From NCBI GenBank assembly GCA_023228995.1, contig JALOAD010000001.1, forward strand, positions 84,603 to 148,602: 64,000 bases of DNA, written 5' to 3'. Each line of letters opens with the position of its first letter. Within the stretch, counting starts at the first letter, position 1. The stretch comes from Candidatus Muiribacterium halophilum (GTDB lineage Bacteria > Muiribacteriota > Muiribacteriia > Muiribacteriales > Muiribacteriaceae). Position numbers and translations under genes: made by a program. Positions 1 through 8,877 of this stretch are shown here, one piece after another. The notes beneath the pieces were generated by a model, which was not told where the DNA came from, searched no databases, and worked only from the letters and a program-made list of their open reading frames with translations.

Positions 1-256
1 AGTGAGGTCTTTCCTTATAAGAAGGAAGATCGCCGAAATCACAAGCATTTTGAGCACAAAAAGTATTGAATTTTGTAACATGAGCATTAGTAGTATTAGA
101 GTCTTTTAATCTGTCTCTTAATCTAAGAAGTAATTTCCATCTTTTACCATCTTTCAAAAATTCTTCTGGATTTAAAAGCAAATCATCCACCATACCCTTA
201 AAGTTTTTGTTAGCCTCGATAAGACTATCAAATGTAACTTCTTCAACATTCATCAT
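1..256 (-). CDS. Hypothetical protein, N-terminal part (gene runs off the window start). It starts MMNVEEVTFDSLIEANKNF; a GGAGGGG SD lies upstream at about 262-268.
   Basis: Manual minus-strand translation of 1-256 gives an open frame from ATG at 256 with a strong RBS. No recognisable domain. Confidence 0.4.
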   Translation of the reverse strand, partial: MMNVEEVTFDSLIEANKNFKGMVDDLLLNPEEFLKDGKRWKLLLRLRDRLKDSNTTNAHVTKFNTFCAQNACDFGDLPSYKERPH

Positions 257-331
257 TTGGATTCCCCTCCAGAGTTTTTATCCATGGAGTTAATTATAAC
301 CTATGCTTATTATTTAATCAATACTTTTTTT

Positions 332-2254
332 TTATGACAATTTAATTCCACTATCCATATCTTTATCAAGCGTAATAAGACTTAGTTTATTCTTTTTTTT
401 ACAAGCTAGAAGCATACCTTCAGATAAAATCCCTCTTAATTTTGCAGGTTTAAGATTATAAATCATTATAACTTTTTTACCCTTAAGCTCTTCAGGGTTA
501 TAATAATCAGCAATTCCAGCAACAACTTGCCTGTTATATTCACCTACTTTAAGTTTTACAACAAGAAGTCTATCAGCATCTTTATGTTTTTGCGCACTTA
601 AAATTTCAGCAACTCTAAGATCAAGTTTTTCCCAATCAGCAAATTCAATCAAAGAAATACCTTCTTCTTTTTTACCTTCTTGTTTTTTATTATCTTCTGC
701 ATCAACTTCTATTTCAATTCTCGGGAAAAGCGGTTCTCCAACTTTTATTTGTGAAATTTCAGGAAATAATCCCCATTTTGATAAATTATTTAATAATAAT
801 TCCTCTTTTTTAAATTCAATACCAATTTCATCAAAAATCTTTTCAACAGTTTGAGGTATTATAGGAAACAGAAGAACAGAAGCTATTCTAAAGGATTCTA
901 AAATATTATACATAATAACAGACACAGTTTGTTTATCACCTTGTTTAAAACAGTTCCAAGGAGCACTATGATCAATATATTTATTAGCATCTTTGATAAT
1001 ATTCATAGCTTTTTCAATAGCTTGAGGAATATCAAATTCATCCATTAATTTTGTATAATCTGCAACATTTGAAAGTACATTATTTTTGTAATTACAAGTA
1101 TCAGCTATATTTTTATCACAATTACTAATATCAAGATTATTATCAAGATATTTTTTAACCATATTTTTAGTTCTATGTAAAAGATTACCAAGATCATTTG
1201 CAAGATCTGAATTAAATCTTTTAATAAATAAATCCCATGTAAAATCACCATCTCTAATCATACCAACTTCAGACATTGCATAATATCTCAAAGGATCTGG
1301 ACCATATTTTTTAATAATATCAAGCGGATTAATAACATTACCTAAGGATTTAGACATTTTTTCACCTTTAGTATAAATAAATCCATGAGATAAAATTCTA
1401 TAAGGAATTTCAATATCTGCCGCCATAAGCAATGCAGGCCAAATAATACAATGAAGTCTAGTAATATCTTTACCAATAACATGATGAACATTAGGCCAAT
1501 ATTTTTTGAATTTTTCATCATCAGGATAACCAATTACAGAAATATAATTAATAAGAGCATCAAACCAAACCCAAACAATATGTTCTTCATCTATAGGAAG
1601 TTTAATACCCCATTGAGAATTAGCTCTTGAAACAGAAACATCCTCAAGTCCACCTTCAATAATATTTATAATTTCATTTCTCCTTGATTCAGGAGTAAAT
1701 CTTTCAGGCTGAGTTTTATAAATTTCAAGCAATTTATCCTGGAATTTAGATAAAGCAAAAAAGTAATTTTCTTCAATTCTTTTTTCAGGTTCAGTATTAT
1801 GATTTGGACATTTACCATCTACAAGATCTTTTTCTTTTATATAAGTTTCACAACCAATGCAATAAAAACCTTCATATTTCGCTTTATATATAAAACCATT
1901 ATCATAAACTTTTTTAAATATTTCTCTTACAACTTTTTTATGTCTTTCATCAGTAGTTCTAATAAAATCATTGTAAGATATATTTAATTCTTTCCATGCT
2001 TGTTTAAAAATATCTGAATTAATATCACATAACTCTTTAGGAGTTTTTCCTTGTTCAAAAGCTAATTTTTCAATTTTAGCAGCATGTTCATCAGTTCCAA
2101 CTGTAAAATAAACATCATAACCTTTCATTCTCATATATCTAGCCATTACATCAGTACCAATTTTTTCAAGTGCATGACCAAGATGAGGTTTTCCATTAGC
2201 ATAATCAATAGCATCAGTTATATAAAATATTTTATTTTCCATAATTGCCTCCAT
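332..2254 (-). CDS. metG: Methionyl-tRNA synthetase with C-terminal EMAP/tRNA-binding domain
   Basis: 640 aa. Class I aaRS HIGH-like motif (GKPHLGHALE) and KMSKS (GEKMSKSLGN). The C-terminal tRNA-binding OB domain (DLRVAEILSAQKHKDADRLLVVKL...) is typical of MetG. Confidence 0.95.
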   Translation of the reverse strand: MEAIMENKIFYITDAIDYANGKPHLGHALEKIGTDVMARYMRMKGYDVYFTVGTDEHAAKIEKLAFEQGKTPKELCDINSDIFKQAWKELNISYNDFIRTTDERHKKVVREIFKKVYDNGFIYKAKYEGFYCIGCETYIKEKDLVDGKCPNHNTEPEKRIEENYFFALSKFQDKLLEIYKTQPERFTPESRRNEIINIIEGGLEDVSVSRANSQWGIKLPIDEEHIVWVWFDALINYISVIGYPDDEKFKKYWPNVHHVIGKDITRLHCIIWPALLMAADIEIPYRILSHGFIYTKGEKMSKSLGNVINPLDIIKKYGPDPLRYYAMSEVGMIRDGDFTWDLFIKRFNSDLANDLGNLLHRTKNMVKKYLDNNLDISNCDKNIADTCNYKNNVLSNVADYTKLMDEFDIPQAIEKAMNIIKDANKYIDHSAPWNCFKQGDKQTVSVIMYNILESFRIASVLLFPIIPQTVEKIFDEIGIEFKKEELLLNNLSKWGLFPEISQIKVGEPLFPRIEIEVDAEDNKKQEGKKEEGISLIEFADWEKLDLRVAEILSAQKHKDADRLLVVKLKVGEYNRQVVAGIADYYNPEELKGKKVIMIYNLKPAKLRGILSEGMLLACKKKNKLSLITLDKDMDSGIKLS

Positions 2255-2297
2255 TTTTTAAAAATATATCAAAAATACATTAATTTCTCAATAAAAA

Positions 2298-2376
2298 AAT
2301 CGTATAAGAACAGTATACGAATATGTGAAGCGTATGGGAGCAGTATAAAAGCAGTATAAGAACGGTATAAAAGCTA
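2298..2376. repeat. Degenerate 11-bp-period tandem repeat (CGTATAAGAAC AGTATACGAAT ATGTGAAGCGT ... AGTATAAGAAC GGTATAAAAGC)
   Basis: Read directly. Related units (GTATAAGA, ATGTGAAGCG and their complements) recur at 15921-15990, 28801-28870, 36585-36650 and 52651-52690. Confidence 0.7.
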
Positions 2377-2446
2377 TTGAAAAACAAAAAATAAAAGAGC
2401 TCATTAAACGAGCCCTTTTATATTAATAAATTCTTTTATTATTTTA

Positions 2447-5400
2447 TTAATTATTAAAATTTGGTTTGTATAAAGGTTCCCATTTAGTTGCATTTAAATC
2501 AAAATCATTTGAGTAAACATTTTCATTAAGTTGCCAACCTGATAAATTTTGATTAAATGCTATAGATTCACAAAACATAAAACTCATATCTGTAACATTT
2601 GAAGTCTTCCAATTTGATATATTTTGATTAAATGTTGTAGCATAAGAAAACATTCCATACATGTTTGTAACTTTTAAAGTATCCCAATTACCTATATCCT
2701 GATTAAATGCACTAGCATAAGAAAACATTAGCTTCATATCTGTAACATTTGAAGTATCCCAACTACTTATATCCTGATTAAATGCTGTTGCATTAAAAAA
2801 CATTCCATACATATTTGTAACTTTTGAAGTATCCCAATTACTTATATCCTGATTAAACACGCTAGCATAATCAAACATATAATACATATTACATTTTTCA
2901 CCAAAACCTTTATCCCACTTTAAAGAAACTCCACCATTATTAAATACACTTGCATTAGAAAACATAGAATTCATATTTATAACATTTGAAGTATCCCAAC
3001 TTCCTATATCCTGATTAAATGCTTTAGCATAACTAAACATACTAGTCATATCACAATTTTCACCAAAACCTTTATTCCAATTTAAAGAAACTCCATCATT
3101 ATTAAATACACTTGATTTATAAAACATTTTTTCAAAATTTTTAACTTTTGAAGTATCCCAACTTCCTATATCCTGATTAAATGCTATAGATTCACAAAAC
3201 ATAAAACTCATATCTGTAACATTTGAAGTATCCCAACTTCCTATATTCTGATTAAATGATCCTGTACTTTGAAACATTCGACTCATATTTATAACATTAG
3301 AAGTATCCCAATTACTTATATCCTGATTAAATACTGTAGCATAATAGAACATAAGACTCATATCTGTAACATTTGAAGTATTCCATACTGATAAATCCTG
3401 ATTAAATGCTTTAGCATGACCAAACATACCAGTCATATCACAATTTTCACCAAAACCTTTATTCCAATTTAAAGAAACTCCATCATTATTAAATACACTT
3501 GATTTATAAAACATTTTTTCAAAATTTTTAACTTTTGAAGTATCCCAACTTCCTATATCCTGATTAAATGCTATAGATTCACAAAACATAAAACTCATAT
3601 TTATAACATTAGAAGTATCCCAACTACTTATATCCTGATTAAATTTTTCAGCACAATAAAACATATAAGATAAATTCTCAACTGTTTTAGGAATGCTATT
3701 TGGTAATTTTTTAAAAAATATATAACTATCATCATTAAATGAACTCAAACAACCTTCAAGAGAATTTAAACCAATATCTCCAAATGAAATTATTTCAACA
3801 AGATAATTATGCCAAGGTGCATTTCCTGTTAGAGATTTTAATTCATCAGAAGTAAAGCCTAAATGATCAGCTTTGCCATATATTTTTACAGTATACTCAT
3901 TTATTGAAGTATAATTATGAGATGGTTGATCTATCTTTATATTCTCAATTTCACTACCATCACCCCAATCTATAAATACATTTAAATTACCTTTAAGAGG
4001 AATTACTAAAGCATCATTTGAATTTACTTTAAATTTTATTTCAAGAAGTTTTCCCCATTGAGCATATAATATTGTATCTTGAGTTATATTAAAAATAGTC
4101 CCTGGTAAATAAAATATTCCATTTCCATCACTTGATGTATTCCAAGCAAAAAATTCGTAATCTGTTTTTGTTAAATCTCCTTTCCCTGCTACTGAAACTT
4201 CTGGATTATAATCAGCGGAATTTACTAATGGTATTGTTCCACCTGTATTATCATTTCCATTATAAGTTAAATTATATTGTTTTATTTCAAAATCCGCTGT
4301 TATAATCACTTCTTTTGTTGGCATTGTGTAATTATAAGGATTTGAAGTTGATATAACTTTTTCACCAACTTTCCATTCTTTGAATTTATAATTTGTATTT
4401 GCTTCTGCTTTTATTTCTACTATCTGACCTTGAGAATAAAGTCCATTATTTGTTAATATTTTTCCATTATCGCCTGAATTAAAGGTTATTAAATATGTTT
4501 TATCCGATATAACAGTATTTTCAGTTATATTGTTAAAATATGTTGTTAATTCGGTCTTATCTGAAGAATTTAAAGTAGAAGTTACCTTTGTTATAATTGC
4601 ATTTTTATCTTTAATATCTACAAAATTATCAGTAATATAACATGCAATTCCAAGTTTTAATATTTTCTTAGTATTTTCAGTTTTGTTAATATTATCTATT
4701 GATGTATTAAGAGCATCTATTGTATTTCCAGTAATATTCTCAATATTTGTATTATTTACTGATACAACCGAACTTAATAAATTAATAATATCAAATTTAG
4801 GTTCATCAGTTGGAATTAACTCTTGAAGTTTTTCAAATTTTTCAACACTTAATAATGATTTAACATTATTTGCAAGAGGTTTTAAGATTTTTGTTATATT
4901 TGCAGTATTAATATCATCTTTATTTATTGCAGATTTTTCAAGCAATTCAATTAATCCATTAACTGCTATAGCTGATTGTAACCTTTTAATATGTTCAATA
5001 TTTAATTTTTCATTATCTTCAGGAAGAAATACCATTGGATTTGATAATATATCAGAAGAAGTAATTTTTATTTCAGCAGAAAAATCAAAAGCTTCATTCA
5101 GGATTATTGCAACTTCTTCTTTTGATAAATTATATTTAGAAACAAGAGTTGTTAATGGCGATAATACCACTCTTCCACTTATATCATTTTGTTCTGCAAT
5201 ACATTCAAGCAAAGGACCTGAATAATTTATACCATTATGTTTACCCTTAAATTCAGCATGCATTTTTATTTTTTGACCAATAATAATTTCGGTTGAAAAG
5301 TTAAATTCACCCTTATCATCAGAAATATCAGATATTATTTCATTAGTATCAATTATTCCATTATTATTAGAATCTATAAAAAACTTTGCACCAATAATAT

Positions 5401-5536
5401 ATGGATCAACCGCAACACCTGTTTTTGATAAAACCTTAGAATTATTAGTAACTCCACCACTACTTCCACCACATCCAATTAAAACCACAATTAACAATAA
5501 AGAAAATAATAATATTAGTTTGTTTTTATACAACAT
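2447..5536 (-). CDS. Large surface lipoprotein (lipobox LIGCGGSSGG). The N-terminal half has Listeria-Bacteroides-type repeat domains; the C-terminal half has more than 15 DUF285-type repeats (FNQDIxxWDTSNVTxMxxMF).
   Basis: Signal peptide + Cys lipobox. Reiterated ~26-aa FNQDI(S/G)xWDTSxVxxMxxMF units match the DUF285 (Mycoplasma/Listeria lipoprotein) repeat signature. YNLTYNGNDNTGG...FFAWNT and ITFNSGDNG...FKEWKVG segments resemble the Flg_new/InlB B-repeat. Confidence 0.8.
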   Translation of the reverse strand: MLYKNKLILLFSLLLIVVLIGCGGSSGGVTNNSKVLSKTGVAVDPYIIGAKFFIDSNNNGIIDTNEIISDISDDKGEFNFSTEIIIGQKIKMHAEFKGKHNGINYSGPLLECIAEQNDISGRVVLSPLTTLVSKYNLSKEEVAIILNEAFDFSAEIKITSSDILSNPMVFLPEDNEKLNIEHIKRLQSAIAVNGLIELLEKSAINKDDINTANITKILKPLANNVKSLLSVEKFEKLQELIPTDEPKFDIINLLSSVVSVNNTNIENITGNTIDALNTSIDNINKTENTKKILKLGIACYITDNFVDIKDKNAIITKVTSTLNSSDKTELTTYFNNITENTVISDKTYLITFNSGDNGKILTNNGLYSQGQIVEIKAEANTNYKFKEWKVGEKVISTSNPYNYTMPTKEVIITADFEIKQYNLTYNGNDNTGGTIPLVNSADYNPEVSVAGKGDLTKTDYEFFAWNTSSDGNGIFYLPGTIFNITQDTILYAQWGKLLEIKFKVNSNDALVIPLKGNLNVFIDWGDGSEIENIKIDQPSHNYTSINEYTVKIYGKADHLGFTSDELKSLTGNAPWHNYLVEIISFGDIGLNSLEGCLSSFNDDSYIFFKKLPNSIPKTVENLSYMFYCAEKFNQDISSWDTSNVINMSFMFCESIAFNQDIGSWDTSKVKNFEKMFYKSSVFNNDGVSLNWNKGFGENCDMTGMFGHAKAFNQDLSVWNTSNVTDMSLMFYYATVFNQDISNWDTSNVINMSRMFQSTGSFNQNIGSWDTSNVTDMSFMFCESIAFNQDIGSWDTSKVKNFEKMFYKSSVFNNDGVSLNWNKGFGENCDMTSMFSYAKAFNQDIGSWDTSNVINMNSMFSNASVFNNGGVSLKWDKGFGEKCNMYYMFDYASVFNQDISNWDTSKVTNMYGMFFNATAFNQDISSWDTSNVTDMKLMFSYASAFNQDIGNWDTLKVTNMYGMFSYATTFNQNISNWKTSNVTDMSFMFCESIAFNQNLSGWQLNENVYSNDFDLNATKWEPLYKPNFNN

Positions 5537-5709
5537 AATAACCTTACAAGTTAGATTTTAGTCATAGTAACACAATTTAATGATATAAACCAATAATAAC
5601 CCTCTTCAGGGTAGACCTGACCCCAATTTTTTTTAAAGTTAGATATTCCAAACAAATTAACTAGCTCTTATAACCCTATTATACATTTTTTTGTATTAAC
5701 AAATACTTT

Positions 5710-7068
5710 ATGTTATTATTTGCTATATATAATAATAGCAAACGAGGAAATCTGATGGAACAAGCTTTCTGGGTAATACTAACTTTATCCTCTGTAATAT
5801 CAATTCTAATATGTATTATATTTATATATTTTTACAATAAATTCAAGAAAACTTTCTTCTTAGAACTTGCTTTAGCATCATTTTTGTATGCTATACATAT
5901 ACCGGTAATAAATTTAATAACATCAATGACAAAACAAAGTTTAATAGGAATATTATCAGATAAAATCCTATTAATTTCAGCTTCTTATCTCTTCGTACAC
6001 GCAATATCAAAATTAACTGAAATAAAATTTTACAAAATAATACATTCTATATTCATTTTTGTTTTTTTCCTTGTTATAACACTTGAAATTTATTGCAATG
6101 AAATTTTCATTAAAGGTTCAGCTGGATTAATAATTTTTGCAACAGCATTTATTTATTGCGGAATACTTTTTTTTAGGAATAAAACTTTTATACGACATAA
6201 TCGAATTATACTCGGAAGTCTTTTTGTTATATGGGGATTAATACCATTTTTATATATACCTTATTATCTTAATGATAAACTTCCATTAATTCCTGTAATG
6301 CTTATTTTTACTGTTAAATTATTAATAAATTTTTTTATAATAATATTATTTTTTGAAGAAAGTAGAAAAGAAGTACTTATTAAAAATTTTGAAATTACAT
6401 CTTTGGAAAATACTAAAAAACAAATTCTATCAACAATAACACATGATATAAAATCTCCTCTTACATCATTAAGCGGTTATTGTGAACTTATAGTATCTGA
6501 AAAACTTGGAACTCTTACAAAAGAACAAAAAGAAAAAATATTAATAATGAAAAAAAATATCGATAAAATCAATTCAATTACTGATAGAATATCTTTTTAC
6601 TCAAAACTCACACGTTTTGAAAAAATCAATCAAGTTGAAAAAATATCAATAAAAAAACTTCTTTTTGATATTTCTGTTTATATTAGAAAAATAAACCCAG
6701 GAATATCAATCAATTTTGAATTTCCTGAAGATGAACTTATAATTCAAGTTGATTTCACCAAATTATCTGAACTTTTTTATATTTTAACCGATATAATGAC
6801 TAATTTTGAAAATAATCCATCAATTAATATATTATTTATAAGTTATCAAGATAAAGACAAAAACTATATTTTTGAAAATAAATTTTATTACAAAGAAAAA
6901 ATACAAAAAAATGAAATACTAAACATAACAGATGAGCAAAAGACATTTGGTGCTAATTTAATAAACAAAATATTTACTGATATTAATGCAAATATGAATT
7001 TAGATATAAAAGAAAATGAAAATTGTCTTATTATAAAAATAAAATTATTAGGATTTCCCCTTGATTGA
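5710..7068 (+). CDS. Polytopic membrane sensor histidine-kinase-like protein with a degenerate ATP-binding domain
   Basis: About 6-7 N-terminal hydrophobic helices, then a HisKA-like H-box (ILSTITHDIKSPLTSLSGYCELI). The C-terminal region has an N-box-like LTDIMTNFENN but lacks clear G1/G2 (DxGxG/GxGxG) motifs. Confidence 0.55.
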   Translation: MLLFAIYNNSKRGNLMEQAFWVILTLSSVISILICIIFIYFYNKFKKTFFLELALASFLYAIHIPVINLITSMTKQSLIGILSDKILLISASYLFVHAISKLTEIKFYKIIHSIFIFVFFLVITLEIYCNEIFIKGSAGLIIFATAFIYCGILFFRNKTFIRHNRIILGSLFVIWGLIPFLYIPYYLNDKLPLIPVMLIFTVKLLINFFIIILFFEESRKEVLIKNFEITSLENTKKQILSTITHDIKSPLTSLSGYCELIVSEKLGTLTKEQKEKILIMKKNIDKINSITDRISFYSKLTRFEKINQVEKISIKKLLFDISVYIRKINPGISINFEFPEDELIIQVDFTKLSELFYILTDIMTNFENNPSINILFISYQDKDKNYIFENKFYYKEKIQKNEILNITDEQKTFGANLINKIFTDINANMNLDIKENENCLIIKIKLLGFPLD

Positions 7069-8025
7069 ATCGATTATCGAATAATATTCATCATATTCAT
7101 CAACCCATATAACTTTTACACCAAGCTCGTTCAAAACACTTTCCTTAAGATAGTCATTAAGATATAAAAGACTTTTAATATCTTGATTATGAATATTTTT
7201 ATCATAAGAATGTTTTTGAACAGTATAATTAACAACACCTTGAAAATTAAGCTGAACAATTTCAAGAATTCTTCTTAAATTAGCATCATTAAAAGAAGTT
7301 CCAACAAAAAAAGAACCTGAATCCTTAAAACTAGTAAGCTGAACAATATTAGACCACGAAAACATTTCGGAAGAAGATTGTCTATTATAATCATCATCTG
7401 AAAAAACAATATTCATATTATCAAAATCTTTAATATGCTGAGGAAGATAACCATGAACATGATAAATTGGAAGAGAACTCTCTAAAAATTCAACATTACT
7501 ATCAAAAATACTCTTATGTTCAACATTATATTTATTAAGTTTTCTTTCAAGAAGATCATCAAAATTATAAGATATAACAGATTTTATATAATTAAACCTT
7601 GTAGGAACACAAAGCCGACCAATAGAACTAATAAGAGGGTTTTTCATAAAAACTTCTTTTGAATACAAAGCTCTTTCAATAGCTTCAAAAAAAGCTTCTG
7701 GACTACCAAATCCACTTTTTATATATCTAGCCTGTAAAATAAGCTCATCAGTTTTAAGTTTAAGGCTTTCCCAATCAGGCAAATCCATAACAACTTTATT
7801 AAGCACAAGGTCATTATAAAGAGCTTTAACAAGATCAGGCCACAAAGGAAGACCCGCAGCTTTTGAAACACCAGAACCCAGAACTAAAGTAAGTCTATTT
7901 GAATTATAAATTTTACGAATATCATAAATAAACTTATCTCGGTTTTTGTCCCAAGTTGTAAAACACTCTGTTAAGTCAAATGCACTAATTTTATTCATTC
8001 TATTATTATACCATTTATCAAGCAT
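7048..8025 (-). CDS. Stand-alone SIR2-like domain protein (SIR2_2 / defence-type sirtuin-like, predicted NAD+-consuming effector)
   Basis: 325 aa. Rossmann motif LVLGSGVSKAAGLPLWPDL (GxGxS..GlPxW), SYNFDDLLE (the TTNYDxLLE motif of SIR2_2) and YHVHGYL (HG motif). Same motif set as ThsA/DSR-type SIR2 domains. Last gene of the 12272->7048 operon. Confidence 0.7.
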   Translation of the reverse strand: MLDKWYNNRMNKISAFDLTECFTTWDKNRDKFIYDIRKIYNSNRLTLVLGSGVSKAAGLPLWPDLVKALYNDLVLNKVVMDLPDWESLKLKTDELILQARYIKSGFGSPEAFFEAIERALYSKEVFMKNPLISSIGRLCVPTRFNYIKSVISYNFDDLLERKLNKYNVEHKSIFDSNVEFLESSLPIYHVHGYLPQHIKDFDNMNIVFSDDDYNRQSSSEMFSWSNIVQLTSFKDSGSFFVGTSFNDANLRRILEIVQLNFQGVVNYTVQKHSYDKNIHNQDIKSLLYLNDYLKESVLNELGVKVIWVDEYDEYYSIIDSIKGKS

Positions 8026-8116
8026 AAAAACAATAGAATCCCGTGAATTGAGGTCAAACCCGCAGAGGCTGTTGATTTATTCAGAATCATGCAGGGATGA
8101 CAAAAATAAAGATAGT

Positions 8117-8524
8117 TTAAAGATTTAACTCAATATTATTCAATCCGTTTTCATAAAATTCATCCATATATTTTTTAAATATATTTTTGAATTCATCTAC
8201 CTGATCAGAATTCATCTTGTCTGAAAAATAAAGATTGTGTTTGTTTATTATATCTCTTTCAGATAATCTTCGTCCAAGTTGTTCCCAAAATATATTATCA
8301 ACAAACTTTTCTTTGAAATCTTTTATTTCCAATAGTGTATTGAGTTCATCTTGTCTTGATCTAAAGCCTTTTTCTTCAAGAGCTTTAATTACTTTTAATT
8401 CCAGTTCTTTTAAATTATCATCTTTCTCAAACACTGTAAGACATGGCTCATTAAATTTTTCATTACCAAGATGTATTAATTTTAAAAGTAGTTTATATTC
8501 TTTTTCTGACAAGTTTAGTGCCAT
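8117..8524 (-). CDS. Small predicted all-helical hypothetical protein (135 aa)
   Basis: Open frame overlapping the upstream gene by 32 nt (translational coupling). Lys/Glu-rich helical composition, no recognised motif. Confidence 0.5.
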   Translation of the reverse strand: MALNLSEKEYKLLLKLIHLGNEKFNEPCLTVFEKDDNLKELELKVIKALEEKGFRSRQDELNTLLEIKDFKEKFVDNIFWEQLGRRLSERDIINKHNLYFSDKMNSDQVDEFKNIFKKYMDEFYENGLNNIELNL

Positions 8525-8873
8525 GTTTTATCTTCCTCTCTTTTCTTGCAAAAAATACATCACCCGGAACCCAACCTCTTTCTCCAATAGCATTTTTACA
8601 ATAATACCACGAAGATGATTTTTCAAGAATTGCTAATTTTTCTCCAGTTTTAATATCAAGTTCTCCTGAATAATAATCTTTTTTTATTTTAACATGAAAA
8701 TCTTCGCCAAATTCAATATAATCAATAGGTACCCATGCTCTTTTACCGTTTTCTTTAACACACCATCTAAATCCTGGCCAAGGAGATTTCTTTTTTGTAT
8801 ATATACAAATCTCATCTTGCTCGTAAAAAATATTTTCATCTGTTGACTTTCTATAGTCTTTTAATGCTATCAT
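8493..8873 (-). CDS. Small cytoplasmic protein with two tandem SH3-like domains (126 aa)
   Basis: Two consecutive segments fit the SH3 pattern (ALxDY...E.xF..GD.I.....WW....GxxGxVPxxYV): ALKDYRKSTDENIFYEQDEICIY...WPGFRWCVKENGKRAWVPIDYIE and KIKKDYYSGELDIKTGEKLAILEKSSSWYYCKNAIGERGWVPGDVF. It starts 4 nt after the STAND gene stop. Confidence 0.55.
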   Translation of the reverse strand: MIALKDYRKSTDENIFYEQDEICIYTKKKSPWPGFRWCVKENGKRAWVPIDYIEFGEDFHVKIKKDYYSGELDIKTGEKLAILEKSSSWYYCKNAIGERGWVPGDVFFARKERKIKHGTKLVRKRI

Positions 8874-8877
8874 TCTT

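Noticed and set aside
1342-1533. Short ORFs nested in or antisense to large genes (1342-1533, 1799-1987, 2084-2359, 9157-9345, 14706-14942, 16375-16587, 37390-37611, 38644-38871, 41307-41519, 42274-42642, 47122-47376, 48352-48585, 56663-57040, 59995-60294, 63024-63212 and similar)
   Set aside because: Low-complexity AT-rich translations (Ile/Phe/Lys/Asn) lying inside well-supported genes on the opposite strand or in another frame. They are typical spurious ORFs of an AT-rich genome.
8041-8102. GC-rich island as a tRNA or other small structured RNA gene
   Set aside because: No T-loop (GTTCRANYC) or anticodon-stem features, and no convincing intrastrand hairpins found by eye. Kept only as a regulatory-spacer observation.
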